A DNA stretch of 64,000 nt. Source: Steroidobacteraceae bacterium (GTDB lineage: Bacteria; Pseudomonadota; Gammaproteobacteria; Steroidobacterales; Steroidobacteraceae). Positions within the stretch are counted from its first letter, which is position 1. Every line of letters begins with the position of its first letter. The notes beneath the pieces were generated by a model. The model did no database searches, was not told the DNA's origin, and saw only the letters and a program-made list of their open reading frames with translations. Positions 1 through 8,039 of the stretch are shown here, in pieces. The stretch covers positions 14,487 through 78,486 of the forward strand of contig JBEBIT010000008.1 in NCBI GenBank assembly GCA_040080215.1. Reading direction: 5' to 3'. A program made the translations under genes and the position numbers.

Positions 1-1334
1 GTCTCGGCCTTGTAGTACATGGCCCACGACTCGGCGACCGGCACATAGAACAAGCCGTAGTCCGGGCTGTAGCTCGGCGGCGGCCAATTGGCGGCACCCT
101 GGTTCGCGCTCGAGACCAGCGCGCCCGAGATGTGGCTGTCCTTCTCCGGAATGCGCACCGGCTGGCCCTTTGCGTTGAGCTTCGGTTCCGCCCAGTTGGT
201 CGTTCTCGAGAACTTGGATGTGAGCAGGTGTTCACCGGTCGTGCGATCAACGACAAAGAAATAGCCGTTGCGGGCCGCCGTCATCGCTACCTTGCGCATG
301 CGGCCACCGATCTCGATATCTGCGAGCACCGGCGTCTGCGCGGAGTCCCAGTCATGCGTATCGTTCGGCGAAGTCTGGTAGTACCAGGCCATCTTGCCGG
401 TTTCGACGTTGATCGCGACGAGCGAGCAGGTGTACAGCGCATCCATGTTCCCGCGGACATCGGCGAAATAGGACGGCGACGGATTGCCGGTACCGATGAT
501 GTACAGGTTGGTTTCCGGGTCGTACGAACCGGGTACCCACGGATTGCCGCCGCCGTGGCGAGCAGCGTAGAGGTCTTTCCACGTCTCGAGCCCCGGATCG
601 CCGGCCTTCATCGGGACGGCATACCACTTCCACTGCAATGCGCCGGTTTCGGGATCGAACGACTGCAGGAAGCCCGGCGCATCGAGATCGTTGCCGGCGC
701 CCACCAGGACATGATTGCCGACCACGATGGGCGCGGGTGTCGAGAAATACTGTTCCTCGAAGCTCGCGATCTCGACGTGCCAGCGCTCCTTGCCTGTGGT
801 TGCATCGAGCGACACGAGGTAGTTGTCGGGCGTTTCCATGAATAGGTAGTTGCCCCACATGCCGAGGCCGCGGTTGCCGATATGGGTGCCTCCGCGCGTC
901 TTCCAGTGGTAATGCCACAAAATCTTGCCGCCCCGCGCATCGACCGCCCAGGCGTTGTCGGGCGTGGAGACATACAGGATGCCGTTCACCTGCAGGATGG
1001 ACGCACGGATGTTCGCGACCAGCGCCGCAAACAGCTTGCCCTCACCGACACCGCCGATGTTTACGGGATGGGGGCCGCGATCGCCAGCGCCTGCAACGAC
1101 GCGGGTGCTCCAGGCGAGCGAGAGCTGCGTGACGTTGGATTGGTTGATCTGGTCGAGCGAGCTGTAGCGTTTGCCGCTGTAGTCCCCGGAATAAGTCGGC
1201 CATGAGTCCGGAGCAGGCTTCAGGATGCTGGAGGGATGCAGTCCCTGAGCCGGTTCGGCAGCGAGGAGCGGGGAGCCGAGGGTTACGGCGAAACCCAGGA
1301 AGCATCCGAGCAGGCGATATGCGGTTGTCGTCAT
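1..1334 (-). CDS. PQQ-dependent quinoprotein dehydrogenase (beta-propeller); N-terminal ~444 aa only, the C-terminus runs off the left edge of the window
   Basis: Absent from the ORF track because there is no stop codon inside the window. My own minus-strand translation from the ATG at 1334-1332 gives MTTTAYRLLGCFLGFAVTLGSPLLAAEPAQG...PDSWPTYSGDYSGKRYSSLDQINQSNVTQLSLAWS...ILYVSTPDNAWAVDARGGKILWHY...LVSLDATTGKERWH...SFDPETGALQWKW. This is a signal peptide followed by the repeated W-motif blades typical of PQQ alcohol/sugar dehydrogenases. The start lies 1 nt after the stop of the upstream cytochrome c gene. Confidence 0.85.
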   Translation of the reverse strand, partial: MTTTAYRLLGCFLGFAVTLGSPLLAAEPAQGLHPSSILKPAPDSWPTYSGDYSGKRYSSLDQINQSNVTQLSLAWSTRVVAGAGDRGPHPVNIGGVGEGKLFAALVANIRASILQVNGILYVSTPDNAWAVDARGGKILWHYHWKTRGGTHIGNRGLGMWGNYLFMETPDNYLVSLDATTGKERWHVEIASFEEQYFSTPAPIVVGNHVLVGAGNDLDAPGFLQSFDPETGALQWKWYAVPMKAGDPGLETWKDLYAARHGGGNPWVPGSYDPETNLYIIGTGNPSPSYFADVRGNMDALYTCSLVAINVETGKMAWYYQTSPNDTHDWDSAQTPVLADIEIGGRMRKVAMTAARNGYFFVVDRTTGEHLLTSKFSRTTNWAEPKLNAKGQPVRIPEKDSHISGALVSSANQGAANWPPPSYSPDYGLFYVPVAESWAMYYKAE

Positions 1335-1335
1335 G

Positions 1336-2169
1336 TTATTTGACCGTAACGAGGTAAGCGGTGACGTCGTGGATGTTCTTGTCGGTGTACTTCGGCAGCA
1401 GTGCCTTGTGGCCGACAAGCGGGTCCATGATCTCGACCTTCGGCGAGTCGCCCTTGCGCGTGAAGGTCCGCTGGGCGCCGTCGGGCAGCCGGATCGTCAG
1501 CGTGAACTCATCGATCCGCAGCAGGTCGCCGGTGGCGGTGCCGGTTGTCGTGGTGACACTCGCTCTCGAACAAGTGCCGCTCGCGGGCATCAGCCAGCGC
1601 TGCTGCAGGGGACGCGCCTCGGTGTACTTGGCGCCGATGCCCTTCAAGTCGCCGGTAACCGAGTGGCAGCTGGCGCAGTTCTCGCCGAAGAAGCGCTTGC
1701 CTGCGTTCGCGTTGCCGGTGACGAACTCGGCTGGCCGCATGCGGGCCGGGTCGCGGCTGCTGATCGAGAAGCTGTGCAGGAACTCGGCGATGTCCGCCAT
1801 CTGTTCCTTCGACAGCGAGAACGCGGCCATTGCGGTTCCCGGCACACCCTTGGTCACGATGTCGGAGATCAGCTCGCCTTTCTGGTCCCTCAGTACGAGC
1901 TGCGAACGCAGCAGGCTCGGGCCGCCGTCGCCGCCGCGCGTATCCTTGCCGTGGCAGAAGGCGCAGCCGTTCAACTGGTACAGGGCCGAGCCGCGTTCGA
2001 CGGCCGCCGGATCGGTCGTGCGTTCCGGATAGGCCTGCACTTGCTGGAAGGCGGGGATCTCCGACTCGCATTGCTTGAGGGCCTGGGCAGCCGCGTTGCC
2101 CGACAGCGTGAGCAAAGTGGCGATTGCGGTGCTCAGCTGCAACGTCTTAAGCAATTTCCGGTTGCGCAA
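1336..2169 (-). CDS. Di-haem c-type cytochrome, exported
   Basis: ORF 1336..2424(-). It has two CxxCH motifs (NGCAFCHGK and ENCASCHSV). I place the start at the TTG at 2169-2167, which has an AGGGGAA Shine-Dalgarno 6-7 nt upstream and gives the signal peptide (M)RNRKLLKTLQLSTAIATLLTLSGNAAAQA. It is adjacent to the downstream PQQ dehydrogenase with a 1-nt gap. Confidence 0.85.
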   Translation of the reverse strand: MRNRKLLKTLQLSTAIATLLTLSGNAAAQALKQCESEIPAFQQVQAYPERTTDPAAVERGSALYQLNGCAFCHGKDTRGGDGGPSLLRSQLVLRDQKGELISDIVTKGVPGTAMAAFSLSKEQMADIAEFLHSFSISSRDPARMRPAEFVTGNANAGKRFFGENCASCHSVTGDLKGIGAKYTEARPLQQRWLMPASGTCSRASVTTTTGTATGDLLRIDEFTLTIRLPDGAQRTFTRKGDSPKVEIMDPLVGHKALLPKYTDKNIHDVTAYLVTVK

Positions 2170-2300
2170 ACGGGTTCCCCTGTCTTTTAGGTCGCCCCTC
2201 GATGTCGGGGCGGATTGTCGATGCGGATTCTGCAATTGCGGAAGCGGCAGCACAAACCCAAGTGCGGGGCGCTGCCGGCAGTCATCACGCGGCGATAGTA

Positions 2301-2312
2301 GTAATCGATTAC
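2301..2312. promoter_or_regulatory. Perfect 12-bp palindrome GTAATCGATTAC; candidate LacI-family operator (site 1)
   Basis: Read directly from the sequence. It is self-complementary with a central CG, which is the architecture of LacI/GalR-family operators. It lies about 130 nt upstream of the cytochrome c start, in the 490-bp divergent intergenic region. Confidence 0.6.
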
Positions 2313-2496
2313 AGGGTTTTAGGGAAGCACCCGAAGCGCGGCAGCGGACACGTTGTTCGCCGCTTGCGCGGGCGTGGACCTTCACGGACTGTTTTGCTGC
2401 GATGCCGCATAGACTCCCTGCCAAACCGGGGCACAGACAAAATCAATTCGTGCTCTGGACATAAACCCCACTTCGCGCGCATATTCCCGACCAAAG

Positions 2497-2508
2497 GTAA
2501 TCGATTAC
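2497..2508. promoter_or_regulatory. Second identical palindrome GTAATCGATTAC; candidate LacI-family operator (site 2)
   Basis: Exact repeat of site 1. It lies about 150 nt upstream of the ATG at 2661 in the same divergent region. Confidence 0.6.
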
Positions 2509-2660
2509 AAGAATCAGATACCGCGACGGGGGAAAGGTGGACGCAGTCGGATCGTTCCGCATTCAGGGCGAAGTGCGTGCTGCGCGCGCGCCGAAGTTCG
2601 TCGTGGACCGATTGTGCCATCGACTGAACCTGCCCTGACAGCGCTGCCACCTATTCACGA

Positions 2661-3404
2661 ATGATCGACTTCATGGCCATACACCGTCGCTTTCACGATT
2701 CGCGCCTCCGACGCGCTGCCGTTGCGTGGCTCGCGAGCTGCCTTTTGTCGCCGGTCGCGTCTTACGCGATGGCGCCCGCAGCAGAAGCCCAGGATCTTTC
2801 GGGCACCTGGGAAGTGCGCTACGACAGCCAGAGCGTGCCTGTGGCCAGGCTTACTGCAAAAGCCAAGGCGGCCAGCGCGGCCATGGCAGTGAAGGACATC
2901 GAGTCCCGTCGCTGGTGCCGCATCGGCGGCATGCCTTTCCTCATGCTCGAATCCCCGTTGCTGATTATCCGCCAGAGCCGTGCCGAGATCGTGGTCGCAC
3001 CGCAGGTGCAGGCCGTCGCCCGGCACCTCTATACCGATGGCGTCGCCCGTGCCGACCTCAAGGACTTCGATCCCGCCACGAATGGCTACACGGTGGCTCG
3101 CTGGGAAGGCAGCGTGCTGGTAGCGGAAACGAGCGGCTTCTCGGACCTCGGCATCGTCACGATTCCCGGCGGCGGCTATCGCACGGAGAACTCGCGGCTC
3201 GTGGAGCGCTTTCGGGTGCTCGACGGCGGCAAGCGCTTGTCGGTGACGTCCACGTGGACGGATCCGGGTGTCTTTGCGCAGCCCCATACCTATGAGGTCC
3301 GCTATTACCGGGCCGATGCCGGCGCGAGCGCATCCGCGCAGGCCTGCAATCCCTTCGAGGCCGGCCGCGAGGCATTCTTCGCGCCGGCGTTAGGTAAGAA
3401 GTAA
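2661..3404 (+). CDS. Secreted protein of unknown function, family A subtype I (copy A1)
   Basis: ORF 2661..3404. It has an N-terminal hydrophobic leader followed by DLSGTWE. Motifs shared with the paralog at 10679..11419(-) are SRRWC-x3-GMP, RWEGxxLVxET, PGGGYRT, LVERFRV and TWTDPGVFxQPHTY, plus a second Cys near the C-terminus. The start could instead be the ATG at 2673. Confidence 0.75.
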   Translation: MIDFMAIHRRFHDSRLRRAAVAWLASCLLSPVASYAMAPAAEAQDLSGTWEVRYDSQSVPVARLTAKAKAASAAMAVKDIESRRWCRIGGMPFLMLESPLLIIRQSRAEIVVAPQVQAVARHLYTDGVARADLKDFDPATNGYTVARWEGSVLVAETSGFSDLGIVTIPGGGYRTENSRLVERFRVLDGGKRLSVTSTWTDPGVFAQPHTYEVRYYRADAGASASAQACNPFEAGREAFFAPALGKK

Positions 3405-3416
3405 GGAGTCCACACG

Positions 3417-3809
3417 ATGAAGTTCCATTTCGCCGCGGCGCTTGCGCTTGGCTTTTCGGGTGCTGCGTTCGCGCATCATTCGTTCTCCATGTTCGACATG
3501 GACAAGGACGTGACGCTGGAAGGCAGCGTCATCGAATACCGCTTCGGGAATCCGCATTCCCACATCATCATCAAGGTTCCTGCCGGCAAGGCACAGGCAG
3601 AGTACGCCGGCAACTGGGATGTCGAGGGCGGCAGCGCGACCATCATGCGCCGGCAAGGCTGGTCGCGGGAAACCTTCAAGCCGGGTGACGGCATCAAGAT
3701 AGTCGGGCACCCGATGCGCGATGGCACCAAGGGCATTTCACTGTTCTACGCGATCATGCCGGACGGCACCCGCCTGTACCACGACATCGCCCGGCCGAAG
3801 GCCGACTGA
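3417..3809 (+). CDS. Small secreted protein, family B (copy B1); I recall similar proteins annotated as DUF6152, which needs checking
   Basis: ORF 3417..3809, with an AAGGAG Shine-Dalgarno upstream. The signal peptide MKFHFAAALALGFSGAAFA ends in an AxA site and is followed directly by HHSFSMFD. Conserved NPHSH and GHPMRDG motifs are present. The paralog is at 10224..10637(-). Confidence 0.8.
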   Translation: MKFHFAAALALGFSGAAFAHHSFSMFDMDKDVTLEGSVIEYRFGNPHSHIIIKVPAGKAQAEYAGNWDVEGGSATIMRRQGWSRETFKPGDGIKIVGHPMRDGTKGISLFYAIMPDGTRLYHDIARPKAD

Positions 3810-3823
3810 TCTGCGGAGCCAAC

Positions 3824-4597
3824 ATGACCACGCAGACTTCGATGTGGCTGTCCCTCGTGCTTGCGTTGCCGGTGCTGACGGCGACCCAGGCTGTCCATGC
3901 GGCGGCCGCGCCGAACGTCGATCTCAGCGGCTTCTGGGAGCGGCGCGACACGCAGGGCGGCGGCAGCTTCGGCGGCATGCTGGCCAGTTTGCCAAAGGCA
4001 GTGCTCGTGCCGGATTTCGTGCCGCCGCGTGCACCCTCCACGCAGGTTGATCCGCCGAGCACCGGCAAGCCGAATGCGGTCGGGGTGCCGTATATCGTCA
4101 CGACCGGCAACTGCAGCACGAGTGCCAGCCTCAACATTCCCTTCATGATGACCCACTCCACGCCGATCGACATCGTGCAGGGTGCGGACGAAATCCTGAT
4201 CGTTCCTGAAATGCCGGGCGCGCAGCGGATCTACATGGACGGCCGTGCGCATCCCGCGACGGGTCGCGTGGCGCCGACCGGCCTCGGACATTCCGTCGGC
4301 CGATGGGAAGGCAATGAACTCGTTGTCCATACGGTCGGCATGTCGGCGGGGGGAGGCATTCCGGGCGGGGGCTTTCGCACGCCGGAGACCGAGCTCACGC
4401 AGCGCTGGCGTCTCAAGGAAGGTGGCGCACAGCTCGAGGTCGAGTTCACGTGGGTCGATCCCAAGATCTATGCAAAGCCGCATACCTTCTCGCTGACGTA
4501 CTTCCGCATGCCTCAATCGACCTACGCGCTCGAGGAATGGTGCGATTCCGGCGACCCGTTGCAGCGGCAGTCGATCGTCCCCCCGAAGCAGGACTGA
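3824..4597 (+). CDS. Secreted protein of unknown function, family A subtype II (copy A2)
   Basis: ORF 3824..4597. It has a signal peptide followed by VDLSGFWE. Core motifs are RIYMDGRAHP, GHSVGRWEGNELVVHT, PGGGFRT, LTQRWRL and FTWVDPKIYAKPHTF, and the C-terminus is EEWCDSGDP...VPPKQD. The closest paralog is 11428..12264(-), which ends in PPKQE. Confidence 0.8.
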   Translation: MTTQTSMWLSLVLALPVLTATQAVHAAAAPNVDLSGFWERRDTQGGGSFGGMLASLPKAVLVPDFVPPRAPSTQVDPPSTGKPNAVGVPYIVTTGNCSTSASLNIPFMMTHSTPIDIVQGADEILIVPEMPGAQRIYMDGRAHPATGRVAPTGLGHSVGRWEGNELVVHTVGMSAGGGIPGGGFRTPETELTQRWRLKEGGAQLEVEFTWVDPKIYAKPHTFSLTYFRMPQSTYALEEWCDSGDPLQRQSIVPPKQD

Positions 4598-4608
4598 AGC
4601 CGACTCAC

Positions 4609-5556
4609 ATGCCCTTGCTCAATCGACGGGAATTCTCGCTGGGCCTGCTCGCGGCTGCTGCCGCGTGGCGCACCGCAGAGGCGGCCGGCAAGTTGAGCGC
4701 CACGATTGGTGGCGTGCGCGTCGGTGCGATCACCTACAGTTTCCGCGAGGTGCCGCGGACGCCGGGCAAGGACTTCCTCGAGACGGGCCTCGAGAGCTGC
4801 GTGGCATCCGGGCTGGGCGTTGCCGAGCTGTGGGCCACGATGGTCCAGCCCGACCAGCCGCTGCTGCCGCGGGGTGGCCAGTACGAGATCGACCCGGCGA
4901 ATGCCGCGATGGTGAAGGCCCGGGAAGACATTCGTCGTTGGCGCGTCGATACACCGGCATCGTACTGGCAGGGTGTCCGCCGCCGGTTCGACAAAGCCGG
5001 CATCGAGCTGATCGGCTACTCGCTGACGCTGGCCGATGACTTCACCGACGAGGAAATCGACAAAACGCTGCTCGCCGTGCGCGCCATGGGCATCCGCGAC
5101 ATCGGCACGAACCAGACGCGCGTTTCGATGGGCAAGCGCGTTGCGCCCTTCGCTGACAAGCACGGTGTCCGCCTGTGCTTCCACAACCATGCGAATGTCG
5201 ACCATCCGAATGAAGTCGCGACGATTGCCAGCATGGAAGAGGTCCTGGCCCAGTCGAAACACTACATGATCAACCTCGACGTCGGCCATTTCGTGGCCGC
5301 CAACCTCGATCCGGTGGCGTTCATCACCAAGTATCATGGCCGGATCAGCTACCTTCATCTCAAGGACCGCAAGCGCGACAATGGGGCCAACATGCCCTGG
5401 GGTCAGGGGGATACGCCGCTCAAGGAAGTGCTGCAGCTCGTGAAGAAGGAGCGCTATCCGATCCCGTGCCTCATCGAGTACGAATACAAAGGCGAGCAGT
5501 CGCCGCTCGTCGAGGTTGGCAAGTGTGTGGAATACATCCGTCAGGCGCTGGCCTGA
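4609..5556 (+). CDS. Xylose-isomerase-like TIM-barrel enzyme (sugar phosphate isomerase/epimerase family) with a twin-arginine signal
   Basis: Internal ATG at 4609 of ORF 4450..5556. The N-terminus MPLLNRREFSLGLLAAAAAWRTAEAAG is a Tat-type leader. The body carries FHNHANVDHPNE, NLDVGH, LHLKDR and LIEYEY, which are typical of this TIM-barrel family. Confidence 0.8.
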   Translation: MPLLNRREFSLGLLAAAAAWRTAEAAGKLSATIGGVRVGAITYSFREVPRTPGKDFLETGLESCVASGLGVAELWATMVQPDQPLLPRGGQYEIDPANAAMVKAREDIRRWRVDTPASYWQGVRRRFDKAGIELIGYSLTLADDFTDEEIDKTLLAVRAMGIRDIGTNQTRVSMGKRVAPFADKHGVRLCFHNHANVDHPNEVATIASMEEVLAQSKHYMINLDVGHFVAANLDPVAFITKYHGRISYLHLKDRKRDNGANMPWGQGDTPLKEVLQLVKKERYPIPCLIEYEYKGEQSPLVEVGKCVEYIRQALA

Positions 5557-5674
5557 AGGCTTTTCTGTTTTCGATGTATTGATTTGATTGCGTTTTGCAA
5601 CGTGGCCATGCAGGGCAGGGGGCTGTCACTGGCTGGCTTGGATTCAGGAACAATAATCAGGGGAGATCCTGCTC

Positions 5675-7933
5675 ATGACCGAGAAAAGACCGGCTATCCA
5701 TCTTTCGCACCTCACCAGGCTGTGCCTGGGACTCGGTGCGCTTACCTTCACGTCGGCCTCGATGGCGCAAGCGCTCGAGGAAGTGGTCGTCACGGCGTTG
5801 CGCGTCGAGTCGAACGTGCAGAAGACCCCGATCGCGATGGAAGTGCTCGACAGCGACGCACTCAAGGACCAGGGCATCGTCAACGTCGCGACGCTCGCCG
5901 CAGTGAGCCCCAGCGTGAACATCACCGGCTTCGGTGGCGGCACCGTGCTCACGGTGCGCGGTGTCTCGAGCCGTGACACGACCGAGATCGGCGATCCGGC
6001 CGTGGTCGTGAGCGTCGACGGCTTCTACCAGGACCGTTCGTATGCGCTCGGCCTCTCCCAGTACGATCTCGCCCGCATGGAAATCCTGCGCGGACCTCAG
6101 GGCACGCTGTATGGCCGCAATGCGACCGGCGGTGCGATCAACATGTTCACCGTGCGACCGAGCAAGGAAGCCGGCGGCTACGCACAGGCGGACTTCGGCA
6201 ACTACGGTGCGATCAATGCAGAAGGTGCCATCAACGTGCCGTTCGGCGACCGCGTGCAGATGCGGGCGTCGTTTGGTTCGCTGTACCACGACGGGTATCG
6301 CGACGGCGGCTTCTTCGGCAAGATGGACGACGCCAACTCCCGCTCGGGGCGGTTGCAGTTTGCCTTCCAGCCCACCGAAAACCTTGATCTGTGGATCCTC
6401 GCGCAGCACACCAAGCAGACGTCGCTTGGCAACTCCGCGAATCTGAGAGGCTATAACGTCCTGCCGGCGACAACCTGCAACATGGTGGCCGCAGGTGCTG
6501 TACCGGCAAGAACCGGACCCTGCCAGCTGGTCAACCACAGCGCGATTCCCGAGCTCGGTGATCCGCAGGTGTATACGAAGTATTACATGTCGCAGCTCAA
6601 CCTGGATGACACGGTCGTCAAATGGAATGCGACCCTTCGCACGCCGATCGCGACCATCACGTACCTCGGTGGTTACGACCGTCTGGATTGGGATTCCTAC
6701 AATCCGGGAGCCACCTTCCCGAGTCCGCTCAACGTAGCCACCGTGCAAGCGAACTTCGCCACCGTCTACAACCAGACGGAAAAGCCGCGGACGACGAACC
6801 ACGAACTGCGGTTCCAGTCGGTCGACCCGGACGCAAGGTTGACGTGGCAGTTCGGTGCGTTCTACTTCAAGAACGACAACGACCTGGACTCTTTCAACCA
6901 GCGTCCGAACGGCACGGCGAACCCGACGCCGGTCATCCACTTCATCTACGACGTCGGCATCAAGTCGCTGGCCGAGATGGCCCAGGTGGCGTTCAAGGTG
7001 ACGGACGACTTCAAGGTCACGGCCGGCTTCCGGCACAACAAGGACGAGAAGTCGCGCCAGGGTTACTTTGGTGGGTTCCAGTACCTGCCGCCGACGCAGC
7101 CGCTGGTCATCAGCCCCGGAAGCGACATCAGCAAGAACACGTACCACCTCGGCCTCGACTGGCAGCTGAACCCGGACTCGCTCCTCTATGCGAAGTACGG
7201 CACAGGCTACAAGTCGGGCGGCTTCACGGACATCGCGCCGTACGGTCCCGAAGAGATCAAGACCTACGAAGTGGGTTCGAAGAACCGCTTCTTCAACAAC
7301 CAGGTTCAGTTGAACCTGTCGGCCTACCGCAGCGACTACAGCGGCCAGCAGGTGCAACAGATCGTCCAGGGTGGTGGTGGACTCAAGATCGAGAACGCGG
7401 GCGAGACCAAGCTGCAGGGTCTTGAAGCCGAACTCACCATGTCCTCGGACCTTGGACAGCTCGAGTTCAACCTGGCCTACCTCGATGCCGAGTTCACGAA
7501 GTTCGACCTTGCGTACGGTGCGCCCGTGTTCGACGTCACCCGCCAGGCATGGGCCAGTCTTGCGACGGTCAATGTCGACCTCTCGGGCAATCGTCCGCAG
7601 CAGGCCCCGGAGTGGACGATCGGTGCGGCCGTGCAGCGCTCGTTCAATGTCTGGGACGGCGAGCTGACGACGCGTGTGCAGACCAAGTACCAGACGGAGC
7701 AGTTCTACACGTTCTTCAACCGTCCGGACGACATGCAGAAGGCGTATGCCACCATCAACTTCCTCGCGACGTATGCGCCCACCGGCAGTCCGTGGCAGTT
7801 CCAGGCGTACGTGAACAACCTGAGCAACGAAACGGTGTTCTCGAACGCGGGTCCCAACGATCGCTCGTTTGTGTACTCCTACACGTATCAGGCGCCGCGC
7901 ACGTATGGAGGCCGCGTCAGCTACAAGTGGTAA
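5675..7933 (+). CDS. TonB-dependent outer-membrane receptor
   Basis: ORF 5675..7933, 752 aa. It has a signal peptide ending in MAQA and a plug domain (EEVVVTALRVESNVQKTPIAMEVL...LRGPQGTLYGRNATGGAIN). A long beta-barrel follows, with the C-terminal motif RTYGGRVSYKW. Confidence 0.95.
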   Translation: MTEKRPAIHLSHLTRLCLGLGALTFTSASMAQALEEVVVTALRVESNVQKTPIAMEVLDSDALKDQGIVNVATLAAVSPSVNITGFGGGTVLTVRGVSSRDTTEIGDPAVVVSVDGFYQDRSYALGLSQYDLARMEILRGPQGTLYGRNATGGAINMFTVRPSKEAGGYAQADFGNYGAINAEGAINVPFGDRVQMRASFGSLYHDGYRDGGFFGKMDDANSRSGRLQFAFQPTENLDLWILAQHTKQTSLGNSANLRGYNVLPATTCNMVAAGAVPARTGPCQLVNHSAIPELGDPQVYTKYYMSQLNLDDTVVKWNATLRTPIATITYLGGYDRLDWDSYNPGATFPSPLNVATVQANFATVYNQTEKPRTTNHELRFQSVDPDARLTWQFGAFYFKNDNDLDSFNQRPNGTANPTPVIHFIYDVGIKSLAEMAQVAFKVTDDFKVTAGFRHNKDEKSRQGYFGGFQYLPPTQPLVISPGSDISKNTYHLGLDWQLNPDSLLYAKYGTGYKSGGFTDIAPYGPEEIKTYEVGSKNRFFNNQVQLNLSAYRSDYSGQQVQQIVQGGGGLKIENAGETKLQGLEAELTMSSDLGQLEFNLAYLDAEFTKFDLAYGAPVFDVTRQAWASLATVNVDLSGNRPQQAPEWTIGAAVQRSFNVWDGELTTRVQTKYQTEQFYTFFNRPDDMQKAYATINFLATYAPTGSPWQFQAYVNNLSNETVFSNAGPNDRSFVYSYTYQAPRTYGGRVSYKW

Positions 7934-7963
7934 GCCTGGAATAGGGCGCTGTCAGAGACTCCA

Positions 7964-7998
7964 GCCGCGACGTGCTCAAGGCGTCGCGGCTTTTTTTT
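7964..7998 (+). terminator. Rho-independent terminator after the TonB receptor gene
   Basis: A 9-bp GC stem (GCCGCGACG at 7964-7972 pairing with CGTCGCGGC at 7982-7990) is followed by T8 at 7991-7998, about 30 nt after the stop codon. Confidence 0.85.
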
Positions 7999-8039
7999 GC
8001 TCGATGACGGCAGCGATGAACCCATTTGCAAGGTGCAGG

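Noticed and set aside
5557-5674. Possible riboswitch (for example cobalamin) in the 118-nt leader of the TonB-dependent receptor
   Set aside because: The region is too short, and I could find neither a B12-box-like sequence nor an extended conserved stem architecture. It looks like an ordinary internal promoter or leader.
5657-7357. 566-aa ORF on the minus strand, antisense to the TonB-dependent receptor gene
   Set aside because: This is a shadow ORF typical of high-GC DNA. Its translation is Arg/Val/Gly-rich with no recognisable domain, whereas the opposite strand encodes a complete, motif-rich receptor.
7869-8039. N-terminal extension of the PQQ/cytochrome c ORF overlapping the end of the receptor gene; similar long 5' extensions occur in the ORF track at 55171 (dnaE2), 10988, 19690, 24947 and 28696
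   Set aside because: The extensions cross a terminator or the preceding gene, and they lack signal-peptide or Shine-Dalgarno logic. Internal starts give canonical N-termini (lipobox, PHP domain, signal peptides).
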